Notes under the pieces: generated by a model
Told to the model about the DNA's origin: nothing
Database searches by the model: none
What the model saw: only the letters and a program-made list of their open reading frames with translations
Source of the DNA: Perna viridis
Taxonomy: Eukaryota
Direction: 5' to 3'
Assembly: GCA_037379345.1 (NCBI GenBank)
Contig: CM074513.1
Location: 50,013,195-50,077,194, forward strand
DNA length: 64,000 nucleotides
Shown: positions 40,001-49,764 of the stretch, in pieces
Layout of the letters: every line of letters begins with the position of its first letter
Numbering within the stretch: the stretch's first letter is position 1
Translations under genes and position numbers: made by a program

Positions 40001-43000
40001 ACTAGGACAATCGTGGGCAATGTTCCCTTAAAACCCCTTACTCCACCTTTCGACCTCAAAATTGATTTGGAACGATCTGTTAGATGAGAGGTACATACTG
40101 GTAGTGGTAGTATGTAATGAAGATTTTTTGACAGTTTTATTAAATTTGATTAGTGGTGTTGGAGGAGTAACAGATAAGAGATGGATAACCCTCTTTGTAA
40201 TGGAAGGGAGGGAGTACGAACGGATGGACGGACACCCTATACCCCCACTTGTAAATATAGCATCAACAGACAAGCAAACATTTCCAAACAATCAGATCCG
40301 GGCATCAGACATTAATATTTCATTTTCATAAACTCAACATAATATATCTTTAAATGCTGTCATAATTGTTTCGAAATACATTGTAAGAGCATTTGACTTA
40401 TATTGTTTTTAACGGGGTGTTAATTTGATTCCACTTTTATTGGAATGGTCCAATGTCAATGTATAAATCTCATCATTATTAGGGTGAACATGTGTACATA
40501 GGAACTGACCATTCAGTCCAAGCCGTACAGGTTATAAACTGTGACCAGTACCGTTCTATCAACTCATGTATCAAAGATCCACACTGTGCCTGGATTAACA
40601 ACACCTACCCGATACCTAACGACCAATGCTACAACAGGTGCCGCTCTCTTGCGTATGTTACAGAAAGTGGATATTTGTAAGTAAATGTGATTGTTTTGTA
40701 ACAAGCCATGTTGCCAATCATGTATTTTCCAAAATATTACCAAATAATGTTTCAGCAGTCAGAAATATATTGCCATGTTAGATTAAGTAGCAGTCCGCCT
40801 AAGAATCATGCAATGTGTGATTTATCGATGTCAGACATTTGAACCAAATTGACAATCTGTCGGATATAATGGAAAAACAATAAATAAAATAAAAAAATGA
40901 AAAATATTTTCACCTTTACCATAGCAACGACCACTCCTTAGCAACTACCTTAAATTTATTTCGGACAAAAACACAAAAACATCACAATTTGAATATAATT
41001 TTATTTATCTAATCGTTGAAATTTGCCAAACTACATAATTATATTAATGAAATGTGTCTTAAGAAAACAATTTCCAATAAAGTACAAAGCAAACTGGATC
41101 TGGATCTGGTTGCCACAGCAACCAAAATTGTTAATTTTTGACATTTTGAAATATACGAAAATAAACCTCAAGGTCAAATAACGTACAAATTTTGGCAGAA
41201 TATGATACATACTTTTGTCTGTGCCATTTCTTTTTTGTCTTTGATCTTTGGCATTTAAGTATATCACACCAAGGCCAGTCTGAACATAGCCTATTTTTGT
41301 ATATTTTAAAGTGTCAAAATTTAGGTTGCTATCGTAACCAGATCTAAACCAATTAGATTGCTTTGTTCCTTATTGTAAATTATTTTCCTAAAGACACACT
41401 TCATTAATATAATAATGTAGTTCGACTAATTTACCATTTAATATATAAAATTACATTAAAATTGTGACATTTTTGTGATTATTCGGCCCTAAATTGATGG
41501 TTGCTAAGGAGTGGTTGTTGTTATGGTAACGGTGAAAATATTTTTCAGTTTTTCATTTTATTTATTATTTTCCAAGAAGTCCAACTGATTTAAAGTCAAC
41601 TTGTATAAAATATCTGATATAAAAAATCATTTACAGTGAAAATTGCATGATTCTTAGGCGGACTGCTACTTAAAAGTAGATAATCTTTTGATAACTTTAT
41701 TTTCTTAATTTCATTAAAACTTTTGTTTAGAAACATGTTCGTCTTTGGTTTAAGTGACAAACCTTTTATGTTGAAGTTAAATTCTGTTCATTGTGCAACT
41801 TGCAATTTATAATAAATAACTATAAAGCATAATGATTTAAATCACACTATCAGTTTTCCATGTCAATCCTTGTATGTGAAATTTGTTTTTTTCTAGGGAT
41901 TTTTCTTATACTTATACTAATAGTGACCTGTCCGATTTACAACTATCATGTAAGTAAGAAAGTATCTCTGCTTTGACATTATCTGATAAAATGATTTCAA
42001 AAAATGGACAAAATATACGAGAATTAAGGGTTCAGCATAATGAGTTTCACTGACTGTGAAATCGGATTTTTTTGTCCTAAAATCAGTGAAAGGGCCTACC
42101 ACCTACAAAAAATAAATAACAAGTCAATGTTAACTTGTTTATGTTCGTGAGGTGAAAAGTAAGAGAGAAACCAGGAGTAACAGGCAATTCTTAACCTGGT
42201 AATGTAAGGAGAGAAATCAAAATTAACAGCCAATATTTTACTTGGTAATTTGGTAAATTATAATGGTGAACATCTAAAATAACAGCCACTACTTACATGT
42301 ACCTGGTTATGTTCAGAGATAAATTGTAATGGTGAACACCATAAGTAACAGCTAATATCTTATCTAGTCATGCTAGGGGGTGAATTGTAAAGGTGGACAT
42401 CTTGGTAAAATATTGTATTTTCAGGTCCACCAGAAACACCACTGCACCTTGGATTAATTAATGTATCGTCGTCTTCAATCACAATTAAGTGGACACTTAG
42501 TAAAGGAAATAACCAGACCATAGTTATCCTGTACAGAATTCGTGGAAGTTCGTGGGAAAGTGTTAAATTTAATTCATTTATAAATAACAGATATACGATA
42601 AAAGAATTGACTCCGGAAATTTTATACGAAGTTAAAATTTATAGCACGAATTCAGTGGGAAACAGTTCGATTTCAGAGTCGATATTTGTTGCTACTCTGC
42701 CTTTTGTGGAAGAAAGTAAGATTTAGTTCAACTTCTTTCTGCAAATTGGAAGTAAATATATCATACATGAATAATAAAGGAATAAGAGTAAAAATATTGT
42801 AATATTGTGATTGCTTTTTATGTTTTAAAGATGAAATTAAGGTAAATTAATACCTTTTTTACTCTTATCGCAGTTTAAAATATTCACGCTGTTAGATTCT
42901 AAAACGCAGCTATTTAGCTATTGGTGACCACTTCTGCAGTTCAAGTTTAAATATTTTCTAAATATGCATGGCTGTTTATTTTCGGTTGGCATTGTTGTAT

Positions 43001-46000
43001 TTAAGGTACCGACGTGTTGCTACCTCATACAGAAAGACCAATAAACGACGTAACACAACAGTCTAAAACCACAGGTAATACATACTATTTTTATTTTAAA
43101 AACAGAAGTACAAAATATACATCAACGAGTAAACTAGGAAACTATGCCAAAATATTCTTACCTAATTTGATAAAAGCAAATACTGGCGAAAAAATTAAGT
43201 ACTAGTATACTAGTACACATAAAATTCAGACTCTGCTAATGGTAAAGTGGTACATGGTGAAGAAAAAACCCACAAAACAAACGATGCTTTTTCAGTCTAC
43301 CTATGGTATACTTTCACATAACGCTTATCATTTCTGCATTCAGATGTGCACTTTTTAGAAAATTATACAATTATCGTCCACTAACATCAACCAAATGAAG
43401 AACGATACCTGTCGCAAAGTTCCAAGTTCATGTACAATCTATATAATTCTTATCTCAAAAGCGCAACAACCTAATAAAAAAGGCTAAGACTGGTTATGTG
43501 AAAAGCTTTTGCCTGCACTTAATTTTGCCAATTTTTTTTAATTGGTTTTTTATTTATTTTTTTGAGATAAAATACATCCAGTAGAGGCATAAATGATGCT
43601 CTAAAATGCTATCTCCGCGGAGCTTCGGGGCGGGGGGCTTCGCCCCCTTTGTTCCCCTACTAGGGCTCTGCCCTGGACCTGCTAGGGGCCTTAAGCGGCC
43701 CCCCAGACCCCCTGCCGTAATTTTGCCTACACTTCAATTTGGTCTCAGCTACGCGCCTGGTAACTGTTTCTAAGAAATCAAAGTAAATTCGGTGGGTTTT
43801 TGACATGCATGCATCACCTTCAGTCTGATTTCTCGAAAGACTGCTACTTAAAATAGCTAATATATTGATTACATGGTGCTTCAAACCTGATTAATAAAAG
43901 TATTTACAGACTTACAACTTTGTGAATTTAATCTCAAAGTAGTACCGTATATTAATTGCAAAAATGCATTATTGTCTACCCCGGACTTGACTTTTTATGA
44001 GCAACTCGGCGGGTGTTTCTAGAAAAACAGTGGACGCTTATCCTACCAGTGCACCTAGTCCATGCTCCCAGTTTGTAGTGGAGTCCGAGTTGCTCATTTA
44101 CTTTTGTTACTTTGTATGTATAATTTTAGTTACTTTATGTTCTTGATTGTGTTTGTCTGTTTTCCATGTCTGGTCTTTGTCCCTGGATTACATTCTTTTG
44201 ATTACCGCTATAGCCTTGGTTCCCTTGATTGCTCTTGCAAATACATAGCGTAAAACTAATGACGTCTTTGTGAACAAAAAGTGATTTAAACACAGTTGTA
44301 AGCTTTTCTCGCAGTGTGTATTTTACATGCATGTTCGTGTCATATTCAATACTTTTCGGCACAATATTTCACAATATTCATACATTAACCCTGATAAACA
44401 TATATGCGGCAGTGTTTCTTGTTCTTTAAACATTTCATTTTCTTAAATAGCATAAAACGTTTATCTGTTTCTTCAATTCATACTACCATCAACAAAAGGA
44501 ATCACGTCAAATAAGAGGTACACACATAACTGAAGCTGTGACATATATCAAAATTTTAAAACGACAGTCAAGAGCAGAAATATAAGCAATTGAAAAGCTT
44601 AGAGATCATTTTCAATGATAGTTCGAATAATGCTATTCTATTTCTTTTTATTACAGTTTCATCAATAACGGAATTCTCAGTTCATTTCTCCAAGGGATCA
44701 CCTCCAGTTAAAGGTAGGGATGATATTTGATAGTTGGCATGTAAGTAAACTGTCGATGAAACAAAGTCAGTAAACACCAAAAAAAGACAAAAGACAAAGA
44801 GCATATAGCTTAACATAAGAAACTAAGAAATACATACAGAAGCAAACAACAACTACTTAAACTACAGGGAACCTACAAAACACTGGTTGACATGTCAATG
44901 TTCATGTCAGGTGATAAAGAAAGAGCATCATTTACAGGTGGGGCTCCTGTTTCATATGAGATAACCATAGTCAATATCGGATAAGGTAATCATATCATGC
45001 TTACGACCGTACAAAACCTTACAGCATACAAAACAATTATCTACGACAAAAGTTTGTAAATATGAGAATTCTATATTTTACAAATTTATCATGGACGAAA
45101 ACATATAAGACAGTTTTCTTTGGCAATTTATAGAATGGGCCTATGAAAACCTTTATCACTGTTTTCTGCTATTATTTGATTAGATGCCATCGACTTCCTT
45201 TCCAATGTACATAAGGAAGTCATAACAGTAATTAAAGAATGATATGATACATTTTTTTTGTACAGAAGTTTACTCCATCATGTGTAGAATTTTTTTTATT
45301 TTATTCATCACTTTGCTACAGGGACATTTGATATTGAAAAGGATCGATTCACTTTATACAAGTTTCAGTCATATCCTCTATGGTTTATTTAGTCTATGGT
45401 AGTTTATCAAGTACGCCATTGACTGTTGATTTTTATACCCCCCCCCCAATTTGCAAAGAGGGTGTATATAGTGGTAGGGGTATCCGTCCTTCACAGTGGT
45501 ACCTTACGGATATCTGTTACTCCTCCTAAACCACTAGATGCAATTGTATGAAACTTTCATAGAGTCTTTTTGACATGTTGCCATCCGGCACCTTTTGTTT
45601 AAGATTTTGATCAAAATCAATTTTGGGTTCCATAAAGCAAAACATAGATCTTGTCGTGTTAGAATAAAATGAACATTTGTTTCTCCTTCTTAACCCCTGA
45701 ATGGAATTGAGTCTTTATCACATGTTCCCATTGTACATCATATTTTAGACTTTGCGCCGATTCAATTTGGAGGTCAGTAGGTGCATGTTATCAAATGGGG
45801 GAGTGAAGGGTATCAAGTTAATGAGCATTGCTCACAGTTTTTCTAGTTATATCTTCTTTCGAGTGATGTACATGTTTTGCTTTAAAATTAAGCTCTGATT
45901 CCGATGTATGCTAAACGCATTTATGTTTTTTAATCGGGTTTCCTATTAACTTAAACCTTTGTAACAGTATTAGTGGAACCAACCCTTATAATTCCCGATA

Positions 46001-49000
46001 ACCGAAAAATAGATATGATATGCATATAACTTAACCAACATAACGTGAGCATGGCACATTCAAGCCGTTCCTTTTTTTGACTGATTGTTTTTTTTTATTT
46101 CTTTGTTAACTTCTAATGGATATAGTAAGTAGTTTTGACTGATTGTTTTTTTTTTTTATTTCTTTGTTAACTTCTAATGGATATATAAGTAGTTTTAGTT
46201 TGTAGTTTGCATCTTCTGTTAGTCTGCCAATTGCTTCCGTTATATCGTTTACGTTATGATTATTCATCTATATTTTGCTGTATTATTGTTACTTTCGTAG
46301 CAGCACAGTCTGGAGGTACTAATTCAGCTACTGATCAAGACTCATGGAAGCATGCTTTCATATCTTTGATAGTCCTCGGAGCGCTGTATTATTTGGGGTT
46401 CGCTATCGTACTGGCAATAGCAAATTGGCGGAAACAATGTGAGTTTCAAGTAGTTTTCAATCTCCTATTCACTGGATTAGTTTACTTTAATTAAACTTTG
46501 TAAGTTAACAGCTGTCAAAATAGCCTATAAATGGGTTAAAAGCAGGTTAACTACATTTTCACGTAAACATTTTAAATATTGAATAACGCATGCCATAATA
46601 CTCTAACGATCAAAATACTTATCAAATAAATTGTTAAGACACTAGACGAATTATTTAGGTTGTATATGTTTAAAAGATGAAAAACTTTATTTTAAATCAG
46701 ATTGTTTCATCTGTTCAAATAATACTTTCATGTTCATGAACCGTGGCCTTCTTTGCGTGTAATATTGGTCGTGGTGTACTAGGCTTTAATCCTTGACTAG
46801 TAATAATTTCGCAAATCATAGACACATGTTTAATCAAGAAATTATTTTAAAATTGTATTAGATGCTCAAACTGGCGATGTTGAAGGAAATGGAAATAATG
46901 TTAAAAGTAAGTCTCTTACAAAATGCTTTGATAGTAGTAAATTTCTTAACAATTTTTTGTTCATTAAGCACCAGCAACAAAAATAAAAAACAAACGTTGG
47001 AAAAATACTGACGTGTAATGTGAAGAGAAATACATTTACACTCAATATTGTTTATTGATTGAAAGTTATGTTTTGTTATGTATGGCGTAGGCTGATAAGT
47101 TATCGACCGAAAATCTGCATAACTGCCGCAATTTCTTCCACAAATGAGTTTTTGGATAAAAACTCCATATTTAAGACTTGCTGGATTGTTGCTTAACAGA
47201 AATAAGCTGTAACCAGGATTCGTTCTATGTTGAATGTTGTGTTAGGCTTAAATCATTTGACGGATGTAATCAAGGCCTTCAATACTAAAAATCTCTTGTT
47301 TTGTTGAATAGAACTAAAAATGAAGATTTGAAAATGTTAAATTTTTTTTTTCTTTAGAAGTAAAAAGCCTGCGAAGAAAACCTGATGGCAATAGCAATTC
47401 ATTGGTAGGCTCTTTTGTTCACTTTTTGAATATTTGATCTATATAGCATTTATGATAACCGATTAAAAAATTGACGAAGAACTGAAATAACAATGCGATA
47501 AATATTCTTTTTAAGCAATCAAATAGTGAGAATTAATCAGACAGTAGTCATTCCACTGATTGCTCATATTGCCAACACTTTGATCCAGAGTCGGAGAAAC
47601 TAGGTCAAACACAAAACCATTACTGTGGCAGTGACGTCGGAAGCGACATGAAAATTTACTGTAAATGAACAGAAATAAAATCAAATAGTATAAAACTAAC
47701 AAAGGAAATAATTTCATTTGTCATTTAGCTTTCTTATCAGGCAGAGGTCAGAAAGCTGCTTAGTTCTTGTTATAGAGGTTCATATGATATCAGAAGCAAT
47801 GGTAAGTCTTTTGACGCAGTGAAAAAATATTTTTTGTTTTCAACGATATTTTCACCTTTTGTATTATTACTATAGACACGTTATTGACCATGTACATTTC
47901 TGATTTTGAACAGATAGATCATTGATTTTGTATAACGGAAAATTATCTTGAATGACTGAAATATAAGTAATGTCCTTTTACTAAAGATCTCTACTTTAAA
48001 ATTGTTTACGAAGTTTGCTAATTGAATGTAGATAACTGCTTTGAAACTAGTTTGCCCTAGCATTTCACATCTAAATTTTAGTAGATCTCTTGATACATAT
48101 AAGACAGAATGTGAAACCCAACAGAAATCATTTATATACCTATTTTAGAAACAGTTAAAGAACACATAACCAGTTCTAGTTTGACACTGGCTTGTTTTGA
48201 GATAAAAAATAAATTGATTGTATGTGGAAATGGCAGTTTACAAGAACTTTCGTTGCTTTGTATATAGTTTTCTCCAAAATTTAGATCTGTATACTAACAC
48301 GATGAAAATGAAACATGCATAATATGGCTATGTAGACCAAAAAGGCCTTTACCATGGGAAGTGTCTTGTGATACTTTAAATAACAATATCTTTCCCTTTT
48401 TATTTGGAAGTATTTACTTCGAAAATAAAACCTAGTTAAACCTTGTGTAGAACAGTGATCTATAATCAAGGTGTAAGGTAATGGGACATGCAAGTCTTGT
48501 CTCGTGGTTCGGTGATTTCAGGAGAATGGGTCCCAAATTCCCATTGAAAAGCAAACGAAATGGTTGTTTACAGAGTAAAGACTGCTCTCTTATCAACGAA
48601 AATCCCTTATCCGTAAATATGATAATAACATTATGATACTGTTTCACGGTAAAATTAGTATGGTAATACATGTAATACAAAATAGACTTCTGGTAACTAA
48701 TCAGCGTACAAGTGTCCTTGGAAGTAATTCAATACAAATCCGTCGCACGTTTTGAATGTAAAACTTCCGAATAAAAAATAATCATGTGCGAGACTTAGAT
48801 GCCCTAAAAGATCAAGCGAAGACCCAAATAGTAGTTTACCCTTAGAACAATAAAAACACAGAATAACAAATAAAACGTGACAACATATTCGTATTCCACA
48901 AATGTTAGTTGGAGTGATCGATGTCAGTTTTACTTAATCTATTACGGATTTAACATTTTCAAAACTGCAAAGATTTGTTGTAACTGTAATACAAATCAAT

Positions 49001-49251
49001 TCAGAAATCTTTTCTGATGCTTATCAAATTGGTCTATTGTTTACCCAAAGACAGAGTTACTAACGAACTTTATGTTTCTTTCATATTGAATTGTCTAAGG
49101 ATTTATTTTGAAATTTGTTTTAGAACTTAGTTAACTCATAGAACACATATCTAATATTTGAACCATTTGTTTTAAATGCAATTGTATTGTAGAAAATGGA
49201 CAAGAAAATGGAGTCCCATGTGAAAATCCGGACGAGGAGGATCGACTTTAA
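25627..49251 (+). CDS. Semaphorin-like type I membrane protein, 22 coding exons, 833 aa: signal peptide - Ig - Sema - PSI - FN3 - TM - cytoplasmic tail
   Basis: join(25627-25672,26214-26486,28256-28337,30342-30384,30887-30949,31225-31411,32779-32922,34099-34220,34772-34880,36584-36632,38713-38854,39005-39185,39669-39784,40483-40676,41897-41949,42425-42715,44657-44713,46301-46438,46862-46906,47358-47404,47741-47801,49193-49251) = 2502 nt. All introns are GT-AG, phases are concordant and there is no internal stop. Sema motifs: LLVGS, [75 protein letters not shown]. Confidence 0.9.
26214..26486 (+). CDS. Exon 2, Ig domain
   Basis: GSTVVLSC...DWY...LFISNIQPSDEGIYKC shows the B-strand Cys, C-strand Trp and DxGxYxC; phase 1-1, 273 nt. 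Confidence 0.9.
27362..27902 (-). mobile_element. Naiad-type Penelope-like element 3' fragment, copy D, in intron 2
   Basis: ORF 27575-27862 (RT C-terminus) plus the shared 3' UTR; sits inside an older tandem-unit repeat (~27090-28060). Confidence 0.9.
28256..28337 (+). CDS. Exon 3, start of the Sema domain (ALMYSSDKQYFRHVEVDILMKKLLVGS)
   Basis: ttttccttccag acceptor, gtaagc donor, phase 1-2; LLVGS corresponds to semaphorin LYVGA. Confidence 0.8.
30342..30384 (+). CDS. Exon 4, Sema (NKISVIDLSPPMKK)
   Basis: ttttatag acceptor, gtaatt donor, phase 2-0. Confidence 0.75.
30887..30949 (+). CDS. Exon 5, Sema (ISKNIPANRNNVDNCVLSHTR)
   Basis: tttcag acceptor, gtacgc donor, phase 0-0; supplies the first conserved Sema Cys. 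Confidence 0.75.
30989..31018. repeat. Poly-A tract of about 30 nt in intron 5
   Basis: Read directly from the sequence. Confidence 0.9.
31225..31411 (+). CDS. Exon 6, Sema ([11 protein letters not shown]...VCGTNGGSP...PCSNDPFHSSTAVFV)
   Basis: tttctag acceptor, gtaatc donor, phase 0-1; CxNxIR and VCGTN motifs. Confidence 0.9.
32779..32922 (+). CDS. Exon 7, Sema (EPLQSGGRPHIYYGS...SNNWMK)
   Basis: ttttgcag acceptor, gtatgg donor, phase 1-1. Confidence 0.8.
33783..33867. repeat. Imperfect palindrome, Crypton-like core
   Basis: Arms agatagccagtaaatgtgttggagg and ccttccagcataatttactgactgtct around cggctaacgcctc. Confidence 0.55.
34099..34220 (+). CDS. Exon 8, Sema (NPEFIGSF...FFFREEAVE...YSRVAKVCK)
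   Basis: ctttcag acceptor, gtaatg donor, phase 1-0; strongly conserved semaphorin motif. Confidence 0.95.
34772..34880 (+). CDS. Exon 9, Sema ([36 protein letters not shown])
   Basis: cttcag acceptor, gtaggt donor, phase 0-1; DxGG...WTSFxKARLxCS motif. Confidence 0.95.
36153..36271. repeat. Imperfect palindrome, Crypton-like core
   Basis: Arms ...tctgtatca...gactagatatcac and gtgatatagtc...gatacaga around ccaagtccactaggccgagg. Confidence 0.5.
36584..36632 (+). CDS. Exon 10, Sema (QDVVTADKVTFYALFT)
   Basis: tttttttacag acceptor, gtacat donor, phase 1-2. Confidence 0.85.
36974..37775. mobile_element. Kolobok-type MITE in intron 10 (TTAA target site duplication, 15-bp perfect TIR starting GG)
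   Basis: TTAAggtagtagacctggg ... cccaggtctactaccTTAA. Confidence 0.85.
38126..38266 (+). mobile_element. tRNA-derived (Pol III) SINE-like head
   Basis: A box tggtggagtggt and B box gagttcgagtcc with a non-tRNA spacer; second copy at 59190-59307 on the - strand. Confidence 0.65.
38713..38854 (+). CDS. Exon 11, Sema (SGISASAICAY...PSPRPGQ)
   Basis: ttttcctag acceptor, gtgggt donor, phase 2-0. Confidence 0.93.
39005..39185 (+). CDS. Exon 12, Sema (CSDDSLTLPDATLEFIANRPLMYENV...VFYVAS)
   Basis: ctttgtag acceptor, gtaagt donor, phase 0-1; LPDxxLxF...PLM motif. Confidence 0.92.
39669..39784 (+). CDS. Exon 13, Sema (NQGVIYKLF...IWSIKQF)
   Basis: tttttcag acceptor, gtaagt donor, phase 1-0. Confidence 0.85.
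40483..40676 (+). CDS. Exon 14, end of Sema plus PSI (VYIGTD...CDQYRSINSCIKDPHCAW...CYNRC)
   Basis: tattag acceptor, gtaagt donor, phase 0-2; PSI motif CxxY...CxxDPxCxW. Confidence 0.9.
40783..41673. mobile_element. TTAA-flanked MITE with long terminal inverted repeats in intron 14
   Basis: 32-bp perfect inverted ends ttaagtagcagtccgcctaagaatcatgcaat and attgcatgattcttaggcggactgctacttaa, plus inner inverted blocks (~40895-40950 vs ~41495-41550). Confidence 0.9.
41897..41949 (+). CDS. Exon 15, PSI end/linker (DFSYTYTNSDLSDLQLS)
   Basis: tttttctag acceptor, gtaagt donor, phase 2-1; bridges the phases of exons 14 and 16. Confidence 0.75.
42175..42405. repeat. Degenerate 50-65 bp minisatellite immediately upstream of the FN3 exon
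   Basis: Recurring taacagccaatat..tacctggtaat and aattgtaatggtgaaca units. Confidence 0.65.
42425..42715 (+). CDS. Exon 16, fibronectin type III domain
   Basis: PPETPLHL...SSSSITIKW...ILYR...W...YTIKELTPEILYEVKIYSTNSVGNS; phase 1-1, 291 nt. Absent from the ORF track. Confidence 0.92.
43578..43759. mobile_element. GC-rich MITE-like repeat fragment
   Basis: ggggggcttcgccccc...agggctctgccctggacc...gctacgcgcctg, a hairpin-rich motif typical of invertebrate MITEs. Confidence 0.55.
43971..44236 (+). mobile_element. Naiad-type Penelope-like element, 3' UTR only, copy E
   Basis: Near-identical to 6547-6811. Confidence 0.88.
44657..44713 (+). CDS. Exon 17, stalk (ISSITEFSVHFSKGSPPVK)
   Basis: tttattacag acceptor, gtaggg donor, phase 1-1; frame-neutral, so inclusion is not forced. 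Confidence 0.6.
44745..45030 (-). mobile_element. Old, divergent Penelope-like 3' remnant
   Basis: On the - strand aggttttgtacggtcgtaagcatgat resembles the KFYGRHHD terminus; followed by a T/G-rich UTR. Confidence 0.4.
45429..45850 (+). mobile_element. Helentron/HINE (DINE-1/pearl-like) non-autonomous element
   Basis: 5' tttttatacccc, then tatccgtcc and tgaaactt core units, ending ctcacagtttttctagtt. Confidence 0.55.
46075..46195. repeat. Tandem duplication of about 58 bp in intron 17
   Basis: ttttgactgattg(t)n atttctttgttaacttctaatggatata..taagtag occurs twice. Confidence 0.9.
46301..46438 (+). CDS. Exon 18, transmembrane helix (AFISLIVLGALYYLGFAIVLAIA-NWRKQ)
   Basis: tttcgtag acceptor (NAGNAG), gtgagt donor, phase 1-1; 23 hydrophobic residues followed by basic residues. 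Confidence 0.88.
46862..46906 (+). CDS. Exon 19, cytoplasmic (YAQTGDVEGNGNNVK)
   Basis: tattag acceptor, gtaagt donor, phase 1-1. Confidence 0.65.
47358..47404 (+). CDS. Exon 20, cytoplasmic (KVKSLRRKPDGNSNSL)
   Basis: Poly-T tract then tag (NAGNAG), gtaggc donor, phase 1-0. Confidence 0.65.
47741..47801 (+). CDS. Exon 21, cytoplasmic (AEVRKLLSSCYRGSYDIRSN)
   Basis: ttcttatcag acceptor, gtaagt donor, phase 0-1. Confidence 0.65.
49193..49251 (+). CDS. Exon 22, terminal coding exon (ENGQENGVPCENPDEEDRL*)
   Basis: tattgtag acceptor, phase 1, TAA at 49249-49251. Confidence 0.6.
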
Positions 49252-49764
49252 CCCAATGTTATATAAAGAAACGGAATTGCTTATTTTTTATCGTTTTAAG
49301 TGTTTTATATGTTTTGTTATGAAAAAGTTTGGAATCGAATATAGTTAATGTTGCGTAATTATGAAAATGTTACTAACTTAGATTAGAGCATCAGTGATGT
49401 AGTAAGCAATAATTAAAGCAGGTATATAAGGGAACCTTTGTAATTGTTCCATATTCCAAACCTCAAGTTTCTAACATTCCATAACAGAATACATTTGATG
49501 CTTTTTTGTTTTCCATTTCTATCGATTTCTAGTCATAATTTTAAAAGGTTAATGCTTTATTTAGGTTCTCGCAAACGTTCATGATAATTTAGATTTTTTC
49601 GTTTATGTTTATGTTGTGTCAAATGTTGTGATCTACTGCACGTTTTTTACATCAGGGTATGATTGTCACTTGAGAGATTGGTTTTCCCTACATTATGTTT
49701 GTTTTCTATTTAATGATTCAACTATACTGTCTTTAGTAATGGCTTTGAATCATTTAATCAATCA

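Noticed and set aside
39896-40331. Overlapping intronic ORFs in intron 13
   Set aside because: No domain similarity; exons 13 and 14 join in phase without them.
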